Below, piece by piece: positions 1-8,594 of a DNA stretch of 49,376 nt. The notes beneath the pieces are model-generated. The model worked only from the letters and a program-made list of their open reading frames with translations, did not search any database and was not told the origin of the DNA. Made by a program: the position numbers and the translations under genes. This stretch comes from a virus. Taxonomy: Duplodnaviria > Heunggongvirae > Uroviricota > Caudoviricetes. Location of the stretch: IMG/VR virus record IMGVR_UViG_2909251562_000001; one strand, given 5' to 3'. The stretch's first letter is position 1. Every line of letters starts with the position of its first letter.

Positions 1-1131
1 TCAAATGACCAGTTTTTTCCACTCCTTACCACGTGCATCGTTGTAAATATCGGTCATTTTTTGATTCGAATGGCCAAGCAAAATTTGGGTGTCGATCCCT
101 TGCTCCCTGAACAAACGCTCCGACAATGATCGCTGTTCATGGAAAGAGGGTGGGGTACCATTAGCGCACCAGTTGTAATCTACAGAGTCCCGCGCTTTTT
201 TAAATGCAACTGTTAACGTTGCTGGCTTAACCATCCCGCCGCGCTTGGCTGTCCCTTTCGCATGATGGTGGTGCAATAGCCACGGACTAAGAACGCAATC
301 GCGACAGGATGACACCACATCATCCAGGGTGAGATTTAATTTATTGCAACGCAGAGCAAGAGGGATGGCAATCCGGGTTCCTGTTTTTTGCTGTTCGACA
401 TGAAGATAACCATCCCGGATATCCGAAAATTGCATTTTGCAAATATCTGAAAGGCGCTGGCCTGTCATCAGTGCCAGCAGCATGCCGCGCTGTAAAAAGT
501 AACCATCCTTTTCCGCTGCGTTATAAATCATCATCCACTCATCAAAAGTCAGTCGCTGTCTTGATATCCGCACCTGCGGTTTTTTTGCCGATTCTGCAGG
601 GTTAAAGCCTGGCGGAACATCGCCTGTTTGCTGAGCTTCTCGGAAAACATCGATCAGTACCTTCCTGAAAATTTGTCCCATTCTGTTATGTCCTCTGGCC
701 TTGTACTCTTCCAGCACCGATACCACATCTTTTACGGTTATGGCATCTAACGGTCTGGTGCCAAAACGTTCATCAAATACCCTGAGAGGGGCCGCTTTTT
801 GTTTCAGCGTGTTGAGTTTGATCTCTCCGTTTTCATATCTTTCCTGTTGAATTTTTCTGTAATTATTCAGAAAAATGGAAACGGTTGATGAACCGCCGGT
901 ATCATTAATAATTTTCTCCTGCAGACTGAGCATTTGTTTCATTTGCTGCCTGGCAAGACGGCTGTTCGCTTCTGCTGCAATAGTTTCTGCCAGTTTCTGG
1001 TCAATACTGCCGAGACCGTGATTTTTGCCTGTTATGGGATGCCTGTAACGCCAGTAAACTTTGTTATTTCTTTTGTCAAAATACGGAGATAATCCCGGAA
1101 CATCAGTTTTATATTTTCGCGGGCGCGCCAT
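1..1131 (-). CDS. int: phage tyrosine integrase
   Basis: 376-aa ORF ending at the window edge (stop at 1-3). C-terminal catalytic region with conserved His/Arg/Tyr context (LLGHSNQKMTDIY). Overlapped at its start by a small Xis-like gene, the usual int-xis arrangement. Confidence 0.9.
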   Translation of the reverse strand: MARPRKYKTDVPGLSPYFDKRNNKVYWRYRHPITGKNHGLGSIDQKLAETIAAEANSRLARQQMKQMLSLQEKIINDTGGSSTVSIFLNNYRKIQQERYENGEIKLNTLKQKAAPLRVFDERFGTRPLDAITVKDVVSVLEEYKARGHNRMGQIFRKVLIDVFREAQQTGDVPPGFNPAESAKKPQVRISRQRLTFDEWMMIYNAAEKDGYFLQRGMLLALMTGQRLSDICKMQFSDIRDGYLHVEQQKTGTRIAIPLALRCNKLNLTLDDVVSSCRDCVLSPWLLHHHHAKGTAKRGGMVKPATLTVAFKKARDSVDYNWCANGTPPSFHEQRSLSERLFREQGIDTQILLGHSNQKMTDIYNDARGKEWKKLVI

Positions 1132-1357
1132 CTTCCAGTATCCTCTTCAAGGCTGGGTGATCTGTAGCGATCACCTCCGGCTTGTTTACCATTCCGACAA
1201 AGCGAGCTTGCGGATCCACTCGCCAGTGTCTTCCAACTTTTTTGGGAAGAGGAAATATCATTCCGGCTTTAGCGTATTTACTTAACGTGCCCGGAGTAGG
1301 GACCGGATCGCTGAATTCCTCTTTTGCCCACTCAGTGAGCAGAATAAGTCTTGCCAT
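1109..1357 (-). CDS. xis: excisionase-like small basic protein
   Basis: 82-aa ORF directly upstream of int, overlapping its start by 23 nt. Size, position and basic character fit an excisionase; start codon not certain. Confidence 0.6.
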   Translation of the reverse strand: MARLILLTEWAKEEFSDPVPTPGTLSKYAKAGMIFPLPKKVGRHWRVDPQARFVGMVNKPEVIATDHPALKRILEDGAPAKI

Positions 1358-1421
1358 GAGCGTCGTTCGCTAATCATGGTCGTCGCCACTATAGCTGGTG
1401 GGCGACGACCGGGGTTGAACA

Positions 1422-3893
1422 TTAAAAATCAGCCTGACTCGGGATCAGTTTTTGCCAGATAGCTGAAACGTATTTTGCCTGGTAACGAGCGTCATCAAGT
1501 GCATTATGGCGCTCACCTTCGAATGGGATAGCAGTTCTGGCATCGAAGTCTATGGCTTTCCCCAGCTCAACGATTGTGCGTACATCGCGATCGTTGTAGT
1601 AACGCCACGGGCAGGGGATCCCCTGCCGCTCGTATGAACGGCGCAAAATAGTGTTGTCGAAGTTGGCTCCATTTCCCCAGACCTGAACAAAAAATTCACC
1701 GGAGTTTTCGTCGATAAATTCCCGCAATTGTAACAGTGCATCATCTAACGGGATTTCATCGGTCATAATGGCAGATTGCGCTTCGCGTGATTGTTTAAGC
1801 CACCATTTAATGGTGTCCCGATCAATGACTCCGCCAGCAGTTTCCAGATCGATAGTCTTACTAAATTCCGGTCCCATATCTCCGGTTTGCGGATCGAAAA
1901 ATATTGCACCTATTGAGATAATCGGGGCATCGGGATTTTTTCCCATGGTTTCAAGGTCGATCATCAGATGAATCCCCGCTCTGCTGGTGGATGTGAGATT
2001 ATGATGACCGTTCGCCTTAATTAAGGGATCTGACGCCTCGCCAGTTTCACTATCGCTGGCATGATGCTGATTGCCGCCAGTGTTCTCCTTGTGCTGATGC
2101 GCAGTGCCTTCCATTTCCTCCGGATCATTTTCCTGAACTTCAGGCTGATTCTCTCCATCGAATATTTCCTGGTATGTTGCGTCACCCATCACCGCACCAC
2201 AATCAGGGCAGTTGCCGCCACCGCTCTGACCGCAGGCGGTGCAGATCTTTTCCGGTTCCTGTTGCACTACTGGTTCAGGTTGTTTCGTTTCTGGCTCGTT
2301 TTGTTGCGTATTTGGGCTGTTTTGTTCCGCTTTCTGGTCGTTCTGTTCCGTTTCTTGCTGGTTCTGGTTCGCAGAATCGCGGGTCTGGATCCCCTTAACC
2401 CATTTCGGATCATTCGGGTCGCTAATCCCTTCAACAAATTCACCACGTGATACTGCAAGCAGTTCATCGGCGTCAGGCTGGCTGATATTGGCTGCCTGCA
2501 TAATTTTGTTTACTTCGTCAGCGGTAACTTTTACTGACCCTGGTTGTGCGGTCGTGTCAGATGCACCAGTATTTTGTTGTGAACCTGAGTATGTACCGTT
2601 TTTGCGGGCGAAATATTCTTCTTTCGTGATTTCAGTAGCCCCAGCAGACAGCGCCTTATCCAGACCAGAAAGTTTGTTTGCGCGACCGTATTTTTCGCCA
2701 TCCTTGTCGGTGAAGAGGAAGTAGAACGGCCCCTCACGTTCTACAGATGGTTCGACTTCCACTTTGCATTCGGTTTTTTCGTTGTCTGGAATTGCCGTTT
2801 CCACTGCATCAGTTTCTGGTACTGGCGACGAGAGAGTATCAGTTGCGCTCTGATTTGTTCCTTCATCTTCAAACACGCCCTTTGTAGTCAGGTATTCAGT
2901 AATGTATTTGTTCAGTGCCACAGGGTCTTTGTGAATGTCGATCGGACGTTCACGGACAAGGCCAAAAATAGTCTGGCGGTCGTAGCGAAGGGCATCAGGC
3001 TGTTTGCGCATTGATGCCGAGATACGCTTCCAGTCTTCGCGGTCGTTGTCGATAACTTCATTTTTTGCCCAGCGATGGATGCTGCCGTCAATGTTTCCGG
3101 CATCCACATCACCAGGCCAGAGAGCGTAGGCCAGTTCGTCATCCAGTGTTTTCCATGTCTGCTTGTATTCGCGATGAATGGCAGCAATGACCAGGTTGAT
3201 TTTTCCTGTTGAATTTTCAGTGTGCTGTTGATTGGCTCTGGCGCGGGCGAGATCAACAACAGACGTGTATTTTCCGGTTTCCTTGCGTTCACCTTCGCGA
3301 CGTTTTTTCCAGATGCGCATCTCTGCCTGAATTTCGGGCCATTTGGCACCAGGCTTACATTTATGCTTAACCCACCCGATGGCATGCAGCTTAAGCTCCG
3401 GATACATGGCGTTAACTTCTGGCATTTTCATCAACGCTTCAACGATATGTCCGTCGAATGTTGCCATGTCTTCCTGCAACAATTCCTGCGCGCTAATCAC
3501 CATATCAACGGTGATGTTTTCACATGTGTCGAACTTAACCATGACAGCGTTCTGTACTTCAGGGGCCAGCTTGTCAAAAGTGACGTTCATCGGATCTGAT
3601 TCAGTCTCAACCGGGACAAAGGAAGCAGACTCCTCATCCCAGCGGTTTTCCTGCATATATTCAGCATCCCAGGAATCGAGGGCAGGGCGGGGTATACCGG
3701 GTTTATCCTCGCAAACAAGAAATTTATAAGCGCAGTCCTGAGCAGCCGGATAATGTTCCAGGAATTGCCAGTGAAATTTTGCTCGTGCACGGCGTTCGTC
3801 GCCAGCTTCAATGGCTGTGGCTACAGCCACAGCGCCTTCTTCCCTTGTTGCCAGTTCGTCAGGAATAGCGGCGCAAATAAAGACTTTACTCAT
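1422..3893 (-). CDS. large early-region exonuclease (RecE/exodeoxyribonuclease VIII-like), C-terminal DEDDh 3'-5' exonuclease domain
   Basis: 823-aa ORF. C-terminus carries three exonuclease motifs (MIDLETMG; NGANFDNTIL; HNALDDARY). Central segment SRGEFVEGISDPNDPKWVKGIQTRD resembles RecE-family prophage proteins as recalled. Sits where lambdoid recombination genes lie. Confidence 0.7.
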   Translation of the reverse strand: MSKVFICAAIPDELATREEGAVAVATAIEAGDERRARAKFHWQFLEHYPAAQDCAYKFLVCEDKPGIPRPALDSWDAEYMQENRWDEESASFVPVETESDPMNVTFDKLAPEVQNAVMVKFDTCENITVDMVISAQELLQEDMATFDGHIVEALMKMPEVNAMYPELKLHAIGWVKHKCKPGAKWPEIQAEMRIWKKRREGERKETGKYTSVVDLARARANQQHTENSTGKINLVIAAIHREYKQTWKTLDDELAYALWPGDVDAGNIDGSIHRWAKNEVIDNDREDWKRISASMRKQPDALRYDRQTIFGLVRERPIDIHKDPVALNKYITEYLTTKGVFEDEGTNQSATDTLSSPVPETDAVETAIPDNEKTECKVEVEPSVEREGPFYFLFTDKDGEKYGRANKLSGLDKALSAGATEITKEEYFARKNGTYSGSQQNTGASDTTAQPGSVKVTADEVNKIMQAANISQPDADELLAVSRGEFVEGISDPNDPKWVKGIQTRDSANQNQQETEQNDQKAEQNSPNTQQNEPETKQPEPVVQQEPEKICTACGQSGGGNCPDCGAVMGDATYQEIFDGENQPEVQENDPEEMEGTAHQHKENTGGNQHHASDSETGEASDPLIKANGHHNLTSTSRAGIHLMIDLETMGKNPDAPIISIGAIFFDPQTGDMGPEFSKTIDLETAGGVIDRDTIKWWLKQSREAQSAIMTDEIPLDDALLQLREFIDENSGEFFVQVWGNGANFDNTILRRSYERQGIPCPWRYYNDRDVRTIVELGKAIDFDARTAIPFEGERHNALDDARYQAKYVSAIWQKLIPSQADF

Positions 3894-4016
3894 TTTGTTT
3901 TAACCTCATGACAGATTTAAGGATGAACAAATCCCTGCCATTGCTGGCATATAAGAATCAAATCTGATGTATTCATTAAGCTGAATGTCGTATTGTGGCA
4001 GTTATTTTATTACTGC

Positions 4017-4250
4017 TCACCATGACTCTGCTTTTACAGGTAAACCATCACGACCAAGGAAGACTTTAATCATGGTTTCCTTAATACAGTGTTGTGTGGA
4101 AAAATCACGAATATAGAGCCGTTGTTTTTTAATGTTGTTTACCGAAGCAATATATGTTCTTCCTTTATGAATAACATAATCACCGGGAGTCACGCACTGA
4201 CGAGGAATCTCATCAGTTCCGAAGTGATGAGCAATCATAATTATCTCCAT
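4017..4250 (-). CDS. hypothetical small early protein
   Basis: 77-aa ORF downstream (same strand) of the DicF-like sRNA, at the position dicB occupies in Qin-type prophages, but with no recognisable similarity to DicB. Start ambiguous (MEIIM or MIAHH). Confidence 0.45.
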   Translation of the reverse strand: MEIIMIAHHFGTDEIPRQCVTPGDYVIHKGRTYIASVNNIKKQRLYIRDFSTQHCIKETMIKVFLGRDGLPVKAESW

Positions 4251-4417
4251 TTTTACAAATGAACTTTGTTGATGCGGTGCCTGGTGCCTCCAGGTGACGT
4301 TAACCAGTTAACAATTAACGCCGGATACAGAGAACCCACCCATAACACTGTTTTTGGTTTTAACTGTTCCGCGTGCGCTTAGCCGCATTCACCGCATCAC
4401 AAAATTCACTTTAAAAA

Positions 4418-4469
4418 GGGCGGCAGAGCAGTCACGGAGTAAACTGATACCGCCAAACGCCACCAGAAA
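4418..4469 (-). ncRNA. dicF: DicF-like small regulatory RNA
   Basis: Minus-strand sequence TTTCTGGTGGCGTTTGGCGGTATCAGTTTACTCCGTGACTGCTCTGCCGCCC followed by a T-run closely matches the ~53-nt E. coli DicF sRNA as recalled from memory. Lies in a ~500-bp stretch of the leftward operon with no convincing ORF. Confidence 0.6.
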
Positions 4470-4800
4470 ATTGATAACAGAGGGCGTTGTAGCGGGGTTG
4501 TCACTTAAGCGTATGGTCAACCTGACAACCCGGTGTCCTCAACGGGGAAGGAATAACCCCGCCATACTTACCGCCGCGCCATTTCGCGGATTGCCACAAC
4601 CGGAAGCGCACGGTCGAATTAAATTTAACGACACCGTACAGTGAGACGAACATCGCCGTGCGCTTTCGCGTTATGCCCTGACTTTTCAGGAAAATGCCCT
4701 TTCAGTAAACTGTCAGTGCCGGATGCTCACCCGTGTCCGGCGCACGCACTCCACCTGACCCGTGGAGAACTCCTTAATTACCAACCCTCAGGAGGGTGAA

Positions 4801-5022
4801 ATGACTAGTAAAAATGTAAATATCCAGTTTAACCACGATGTTTCTCCTGCTGGACTTGCGGATGAGCTCACTGCTATAAAAACGGCAATTATGCTACTTG
4901 CTGCTAAGTTGCCTGCGTCATCAAAGCCAGCGGAAATTTGTGACTCATTGCGTAAGATGAATTCAACAAAATGCAATGAGATGGCATCACTTATTGAAAG
5001 TGCAATTGATTTTAATGATTAA
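4801..5022 (+). CDS. hypothetical protein, plus-strand gene embedded in the leftward early operon
   Basis: ATG at 4801 preceded by GGAGGG (4791-4796). 73 aa, Ala/Leu-rich. Converges on and overlaps the 3' end of minus-strand gene 5012..5386 by 11 nt. Confidence 0.5.
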   Translation: MTSKNVNIQFNHDVSPAGLADELTAIKTAIMLLAAKLPASSKPAEICDSLRKMNSTKCNEMASLIESAIDFND

Positions 5023-5386
5023 TCGAAATTTCATGGCTAACTGTAACACTCCCATCTGTGGCGGGATGGTTTAAATCGCTGGGATTAATGCCGCACTCAG
5101 TAAAATGGTTCTTAAGGGGTTCTATCCGAATCCCTTTCTTTTTCATTAACAAGCCAAAACCCTTATCAATGATATCCATTAATTCCAGGAAGTATTTTTC
5201 ATGTAAATCCTGGTTATCAGAGAGCTGCTTCTCTTCGTACAGACCGATAAAGGCACGACGCACGTTACCGGATATAGTATCGATGGTTTCTTTTTCTACG
5301 GTACTCAGGTCAAGAGTCGCCAGTTGGGAACGAACTATATTCGCTGCCATTTCCTGGAATTGCATTGGTAAATCTTTAAATTCCAT
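5012..5386 (-). CDS. hypothetical early protein
   Basis: 124-aa ORF in the leftward early operon; no recognisable motif. Confidence 0.55.
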   Translation of the reverse strand: MEFKDLPMQFQEMAANIVRSQLATLDLSTVEKETIDTISGNVRRAFIGLYEEKQLSDNQDLHEKYFLELMDIIDKGFGLLMKKKGIRIEPLKNHFTECGINPSDLNHPATDGSVTVSHEISINH

Positions 5387-5408
5387 TATTAGCCTCGTTG
5401 GTTAGCTA

Positions 5409-5627
5409 TTAACGCGGGCATGTAATCATTCTGGCAATGCTTAATGCCGCTGCTTTTTCCAGCCTGGTGATATCCTGCTCCAGAGCGGACAGATTTTCAG
5501 CCTGCTTAGCCCTGGCTTCATTGGCCCATTTCAGGTCCTGCGCAGCCTTAATTTTCTGGTGCATCCACTCATAAAGTTCATCATCGGTATAGTCTGGCGC
5601 GATGATGACGGGTTCTCGTTTCTGCAT
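5409..5627 (-). CDS. hypothetical small early protein (YdfC-sized)
   Basis: 72-aa ORF with GAGGAA Shine-Dalgarno upstream; directly follows a 42-codon ORF in the same operon. Confidence 0.55.
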   Translation of the reverse strand: MQKREPVIIAPDYTDDELYEWMHQKIKAAQDLKWANEARAKQAENLSALEQDITRLEKAAALSIARMITCPR

Positions 5628-5656
5628 ACTGATTCCTCGCGGTGCTGCTTCGCTTA

Positions 5657-5785
5657 TCAGCCGTTAGATTTTGCCGGGCTGGAAAGCGCCTGTATAAACT
5701 CACTGAAGCTGAGAGCTTCTTCGCCTTTGGCAAGGCCTTCGAAGTATTCTTCGTAAGCCTTTTCCATGATTGTGTCGAAATCCAT
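5657..5785 (-). CDS. 42-aa small protein (YdfB-like), translationally coupled
   Basis: Hand translation of the minus strand from ATG 5785-5783 gives MDFDTIMEKAYEEYFEGLAKGEEALSFSEFIQALSSPAKSNG, stop at 5659-5657. Its ATG is 2 nt after the upstream stop (TGAtATG). Absent from the ORF track because it is under 60 aa. Confidence 0.5.
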   Translation of the reverse strand: MDFDTIMEKAYEEYFEGLAKGEEALSFSEFIQALSSPAKSNG

Positions 5786-5786
5786 A

Positions 5787-5942
5787 TCACTCACCTGAGT
5801 TTCTTTTCAGCCAGCGACGGGCACCATTTTCGGTTTTAAACGTTTTGCTTTTGGTATACGTCATCGCGGTGAACGTACCGTCCTGGTTGGGGAACACGCC
5901 ACATACCAGAGATTCGTTGTTGCCAAGATCGATAGTATCCAT
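5787..5942 (-). CDS. YdfA-like 51-aa small protein
   Basis: Internal Met (MDTIDLGNNESLVCGVFPNQDGTF...) with GAGG 7 nt upstream is the likely start. The open frame extends to 6023 (78 aa). Sequence recalled as similar to Qin-prophage YdfA. Confidence 0.5.
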   Translation of the reverse strand: MDTIDLGNNESLVCGVFPNQDGTFTAMTYTKSKTFKTENGARRWLKRNSGE

Positions 5943-6150
5943 GTTGACCTCATTTCCCCTTAACGCCGGGGTAGCGGAACAAAAACCTGCTGCATAGTTA
6001 TTAAAGTTGAACCCTGCCGTCATGTTCTTACGCCTCGGGCTGGCTACTTAACCCCTGACCACTGCCGGGTAACTCGAAGTATTGCCCTGCATTCTGTGGG
6101 GTGGAGTGAAGGAATGAATGAAGTTTAGAAAAATGAACTTTACAGGTCAA

Positions 6151-6168
6151 TGTTTTTTTATCAAAACA
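6151..6168. promoter_or_regulatory. putative left operator (18-bp palindrome TGTTTT-N6-AAAACA)
   Basis: TGTTTTTTTATCAAAACA lies between the repressor 3' end and the leftward early genes; same half-sites as the element at 6873-6890. Confidence 0.4.
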
Positions 6169-6234
6169 TTTTAAGCAGGCAGCTGTTAAGCCATCACCAC
6201 GATGGCATACAGTTAATCAAATAGATGAGGTTGG

Positions 6235-6873
6235 TTAAATATCTTGTTGAATTTTAAAGCATACGCCCAATATGCAAGATAGATCATCCAGCATAATTGA
6301 AGGGTAGCGAGGATTCGTGGGGACTAAAAGAATATCCGGCCCTTCTATCTCCAGTTTACGAATGACAGGTGTTGTGGTCCCTTTGGGTAAGGCAAGGACA
6401 ATATTTCCTGGTTGTACGGTTCGATCGGGATCAACAAAAACTGTTGAACCATTTGGGATGGAAACTCCCCCACCAGATGTTGACATACTGTCACTCTCTA
6501 GAACAACTGCAAAGGTATTGGCCGGGATTTCTCCGACAAGCTGCACACAAGAGGTTATTGAGGAATTTTTCATATAATCACTCCAGCTTGCTGCCTGCTG
6601 AAGTGATAGTAGCGGAACCGTTTTTATCGGCGGTAAAGATAGATCAAGCGAATCACCTGTATTTAACTCTCCTCCATTAAGAAGCCAATTTTCGTTTACT
6701 TTCAATATCTTTGCCAGTGAACTTATGTAACGCGAGGACGGCGCTCCTCCACCGTTCATCCATTGACTTACGGAGCCTTTTGATGCGCCAGTGGCATTGA
6801 CAAGGTCTTTGCCTTTCAGGTTTAGCGCATGCATACGTTGGGTTATGCGTTCAGATATTGTTTGCTTGCTCAT
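6235..6873 (-). CDS. CI-type phage repressor (HTH plus S24 LexA-like autopeptidase domain)
   Basis: 212 aa. N-terminal helix-turn-helix region (DLVNATGASKGSVSQWMNGG), C-terminal S24 signature with Ser (LESDSMSTSG) and Lys (VIRKLE). Divergent from the Cro-like gene. Confidence 0.85.
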   Translation of the reverse strand: MSKQTISERITQRMHALNLKGKDLVNATGASKGSVSQWMNGGGAPSSRYISSLAKILKVNENWLLNGGELNTGDSLDLSLPPIKTVPLLSLQQAASWSDYMKNSSITSCVQLVGEIPANTFAVVLESDSMSTSGGGVSIPNGSTVFVDPDRTVQPGNIVLALPKGTTTPVIRKLEIEGPDILLVPTNPRYPSIMLDDLSCILGVCFKIQQDI

Positions 6874-6964
6874 GTTTTGATTTTAAAACACAGATGGTTT
6901 TGTTTCTTGACTTTCTTTGGTTTTGATTATTAAACTTTTGGCGTTCAGTTTTATGGAGCGACTC
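6873..6964. promoter_or_regulatory. divergent immunity promoter/operator region
   Basis: 92-bp gap between divergent repressor and Cro-like genes. Holds the palindrome TGTTTTGATTTTAAAACA (6873-6890, overlapping the repressor start codon), a second half-site GGTTTTGAT (6919-6927) and a TTGACT -35-like hexamer (6907-6912). Confidence 0.45.
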
Positions 6965-7195
6965 ATGAAAAAATCAGAAGTATTAGGCTATTTTGGCGGA
7001 GTTGTTAAAACAGCCGCAGCTCTAGGAACGTCAAAAACCACAGTCAGCATGTGGGGGGAAGAGGTTCCGTGGAAATGGGCGTTGCTAATTCAGGCAGTCA
7101 CTGCCGGGGCGCTCAAATATGAGTTACACATACCGACGGTTGTCATTCCCGGTTCTGATCATAATCCGCCTTCTAACCAAGGGGGGGATTCATGA
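6965..7195 (+). CDS. Cro-like small HTH regulator
   Basis: ATG 6965 preceded by GGAG; about 76 aa; HTH-like stretch LGTSKTTVSMWGEE; divergent from the repressor. Confidence 0.65.
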   Translation: MKKSEVLGYFGGVVKTAAALGTSKTTVSMWGEEVPWKWALLIQAVTAGALKYELHIPTVVIPGSDHNPPSNQGGDS

Positions 7196-7617
7196 AAATC
7201 AAGCATGAACACATCCGCATGGCGATGAATGCCTGGGCGCATCCGGACGGCGAGAAAGTACCGGCTGCAGAGATTACCAAAGCGTATTTCGAGCTGGGAA
7301 TGACGTTCCCGGAACTGTATGACGACAGCCATCCGGAAGCCCTGGCTCGCAATACCCAGAAAATTTTCCGCTGGGTAGAGAAAGACACCCCTGATGCAGT
7401 TGAAAAAATTCAGGCGTTGTTACCAGCGATCGAAAAGGCAATGCCACCTTTGCTGGTGGCCAGAATGCGCAGCCACAGTTCTGCTTATTTTCGGGAGCTG
7501 GTGGAGACGCGGGAGCGACTGGTGAGAGACGCTGATGATTTTGTCGCAGTGGCAATCGCCGGTTTCAATCAGATGAACCGCGGTGGCCCGGCGGGAAATG
7601 CCGTGGTGATGCACTAA
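7192..7617 (+). CDS. YdaT-like / CII-like early protein
   Basis: 141 aa starting MKIKHEHI, as in Rac YdaT-family proteins (recalled). Overlaps the Cro-like stop by 4 nt. Confidence 0.5.
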   Translation: MKIKHEHIRMAMNAWAHPDGEKVPAAEITKAYFELGMTFPELYDDSHPEALARNTQKIFRWVEKDTPDAVEKIQALLPAIEKAMPPLLVARMRSHSSAYFRELVETRERLVRDADDFVAVAIAGFNQMNRGGPAGNAVVMH

Positions 7618-7640
7618 AAGCACGGTGTTCGGAGTTTTTT

Positions 7641-8588
7641 ATGAGCAGCAAGCTTCATGGTCTTGTCTGGGAAGGGTGTGCCTTCACCGGCATGATCTTA
7701 TCCAGGGTGGCAGTTATGGCTCGCCTTGCAGATTACAGCAATGACGAAGGTGTGTCATGGCCTGCAGTGGAGACCATTCGTCGTCAGATTGGGGCAAAGA
7801 GTGAATCAACGGTTAAAGCTGCGATAGCAGAACTGGAAAAGAACGGCTGGCTGACGAAGGAGGAACGTAAGGTCGGTGGGCGTAATGAAAGCAATATCTA
7901 CCGTCTTAATGTGGAAAAACTCGAAGCAGCAGCAGCGGCAGCGCGTGAGGCATATAAACCGAAAAGAAAAATTAGCCAGGCAAAAAATGACCCGTCAAAT
8001 ATTGCCCCCTCAACGGTTAACCCATCAAATTTTGATGGATCAACCGTTGATAAAAAACAGTCGGATAGGGGGGCGATGGTTGGCCCCGATCCGTCAGTAT
8101 TAAAACCTGATCCGTCAGATAAAAGATCTTTTCGTCCGGAAGCTTCGCAACCGGACATGCAGACGGCTGAACAGGATTTTTTAACCCGACACCCTGACGC
8201 GGTTGTGTTCAGTGCGAAAAAACGCCAGTGGGGTAGCCAGGAAGATTTAGCGTGTGCGCAGTGGATCTGGGGGCGAATCGTGAGTCTTTACGAGCAGGCC
8301 GCCAGCGATGATGGCGAGATTTCGCGACCGAAAGAACCCAACTGGACCGCATGGGCCAACGACGTGCGCACAATGCGGATGCTGGATGGCAGAACTCACA
8401 GACAAATTTGTGAAATGTTTGGTCGGGTGCAGCGGGATCCATTTTGGGTAAAAAATATCATGAGTCCGTCAAAGCTTCGCGAAAAATGGGATGAACTGGT
8501 TATCCGCCTGGGGCGTTCGTCTGTACAGCGTTGTGTGAATCATATTTCTGAGCCGGATACCGAAATTCCGCCGGGGTTCAGGGGGTAA
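7641..8588 (+). CDS. putative replication initiation protein
   Basis: 315 aa; N-terminal winged-helix-like region; immediately precedes the DnaC-like loader, the usual initiator-loader pair. Confidence 0.6.
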   Translation: MSSKLHGLVWEGCAFTGMILSRVAVMARLADYSNDEGVSWPAVETIRRQIGAKSESTVKAAIAELEKNGWLTKEERKVGGRNESNIYRLNVEKLEAAAAAAREAYKPKRKISQAKNDPSNIAPSTVNPSNFDGSTVDKKQSDRGAMVGPDPSVLKPDPSDKRSFRPEASQPDMQTAEQDFLTRHPDAVVFSAKKRQWGSQEDLACAQWIWGRIVSLYEQAASDDGEISRPKEPNWTAWANDVRTMRMLDGRTHRQICEMFGRVQRDPFWVKNIMSPSKLREKWDELVIRLGRSSVQRCVNHISEPDTEIPPGFRG

Positions 8589-8594
8589 CGGGCC

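Noticed and set aside
2061-2724. Several plus-strand ORFs (129, 74 and 161 aa) inside the exonuclease gene
   Set aside because: Antisense to the 823-aa exonuclease ORF; Cys/Phe/Leu-rich low-complexity translations.
4354-4644. 96-aa plus-strand ORF across the dicF region
   Set aside because: Lies antisense to the DicF-like sRNA in a noncoding part of the leftward operon; Arg/Pro-rich with no start context.
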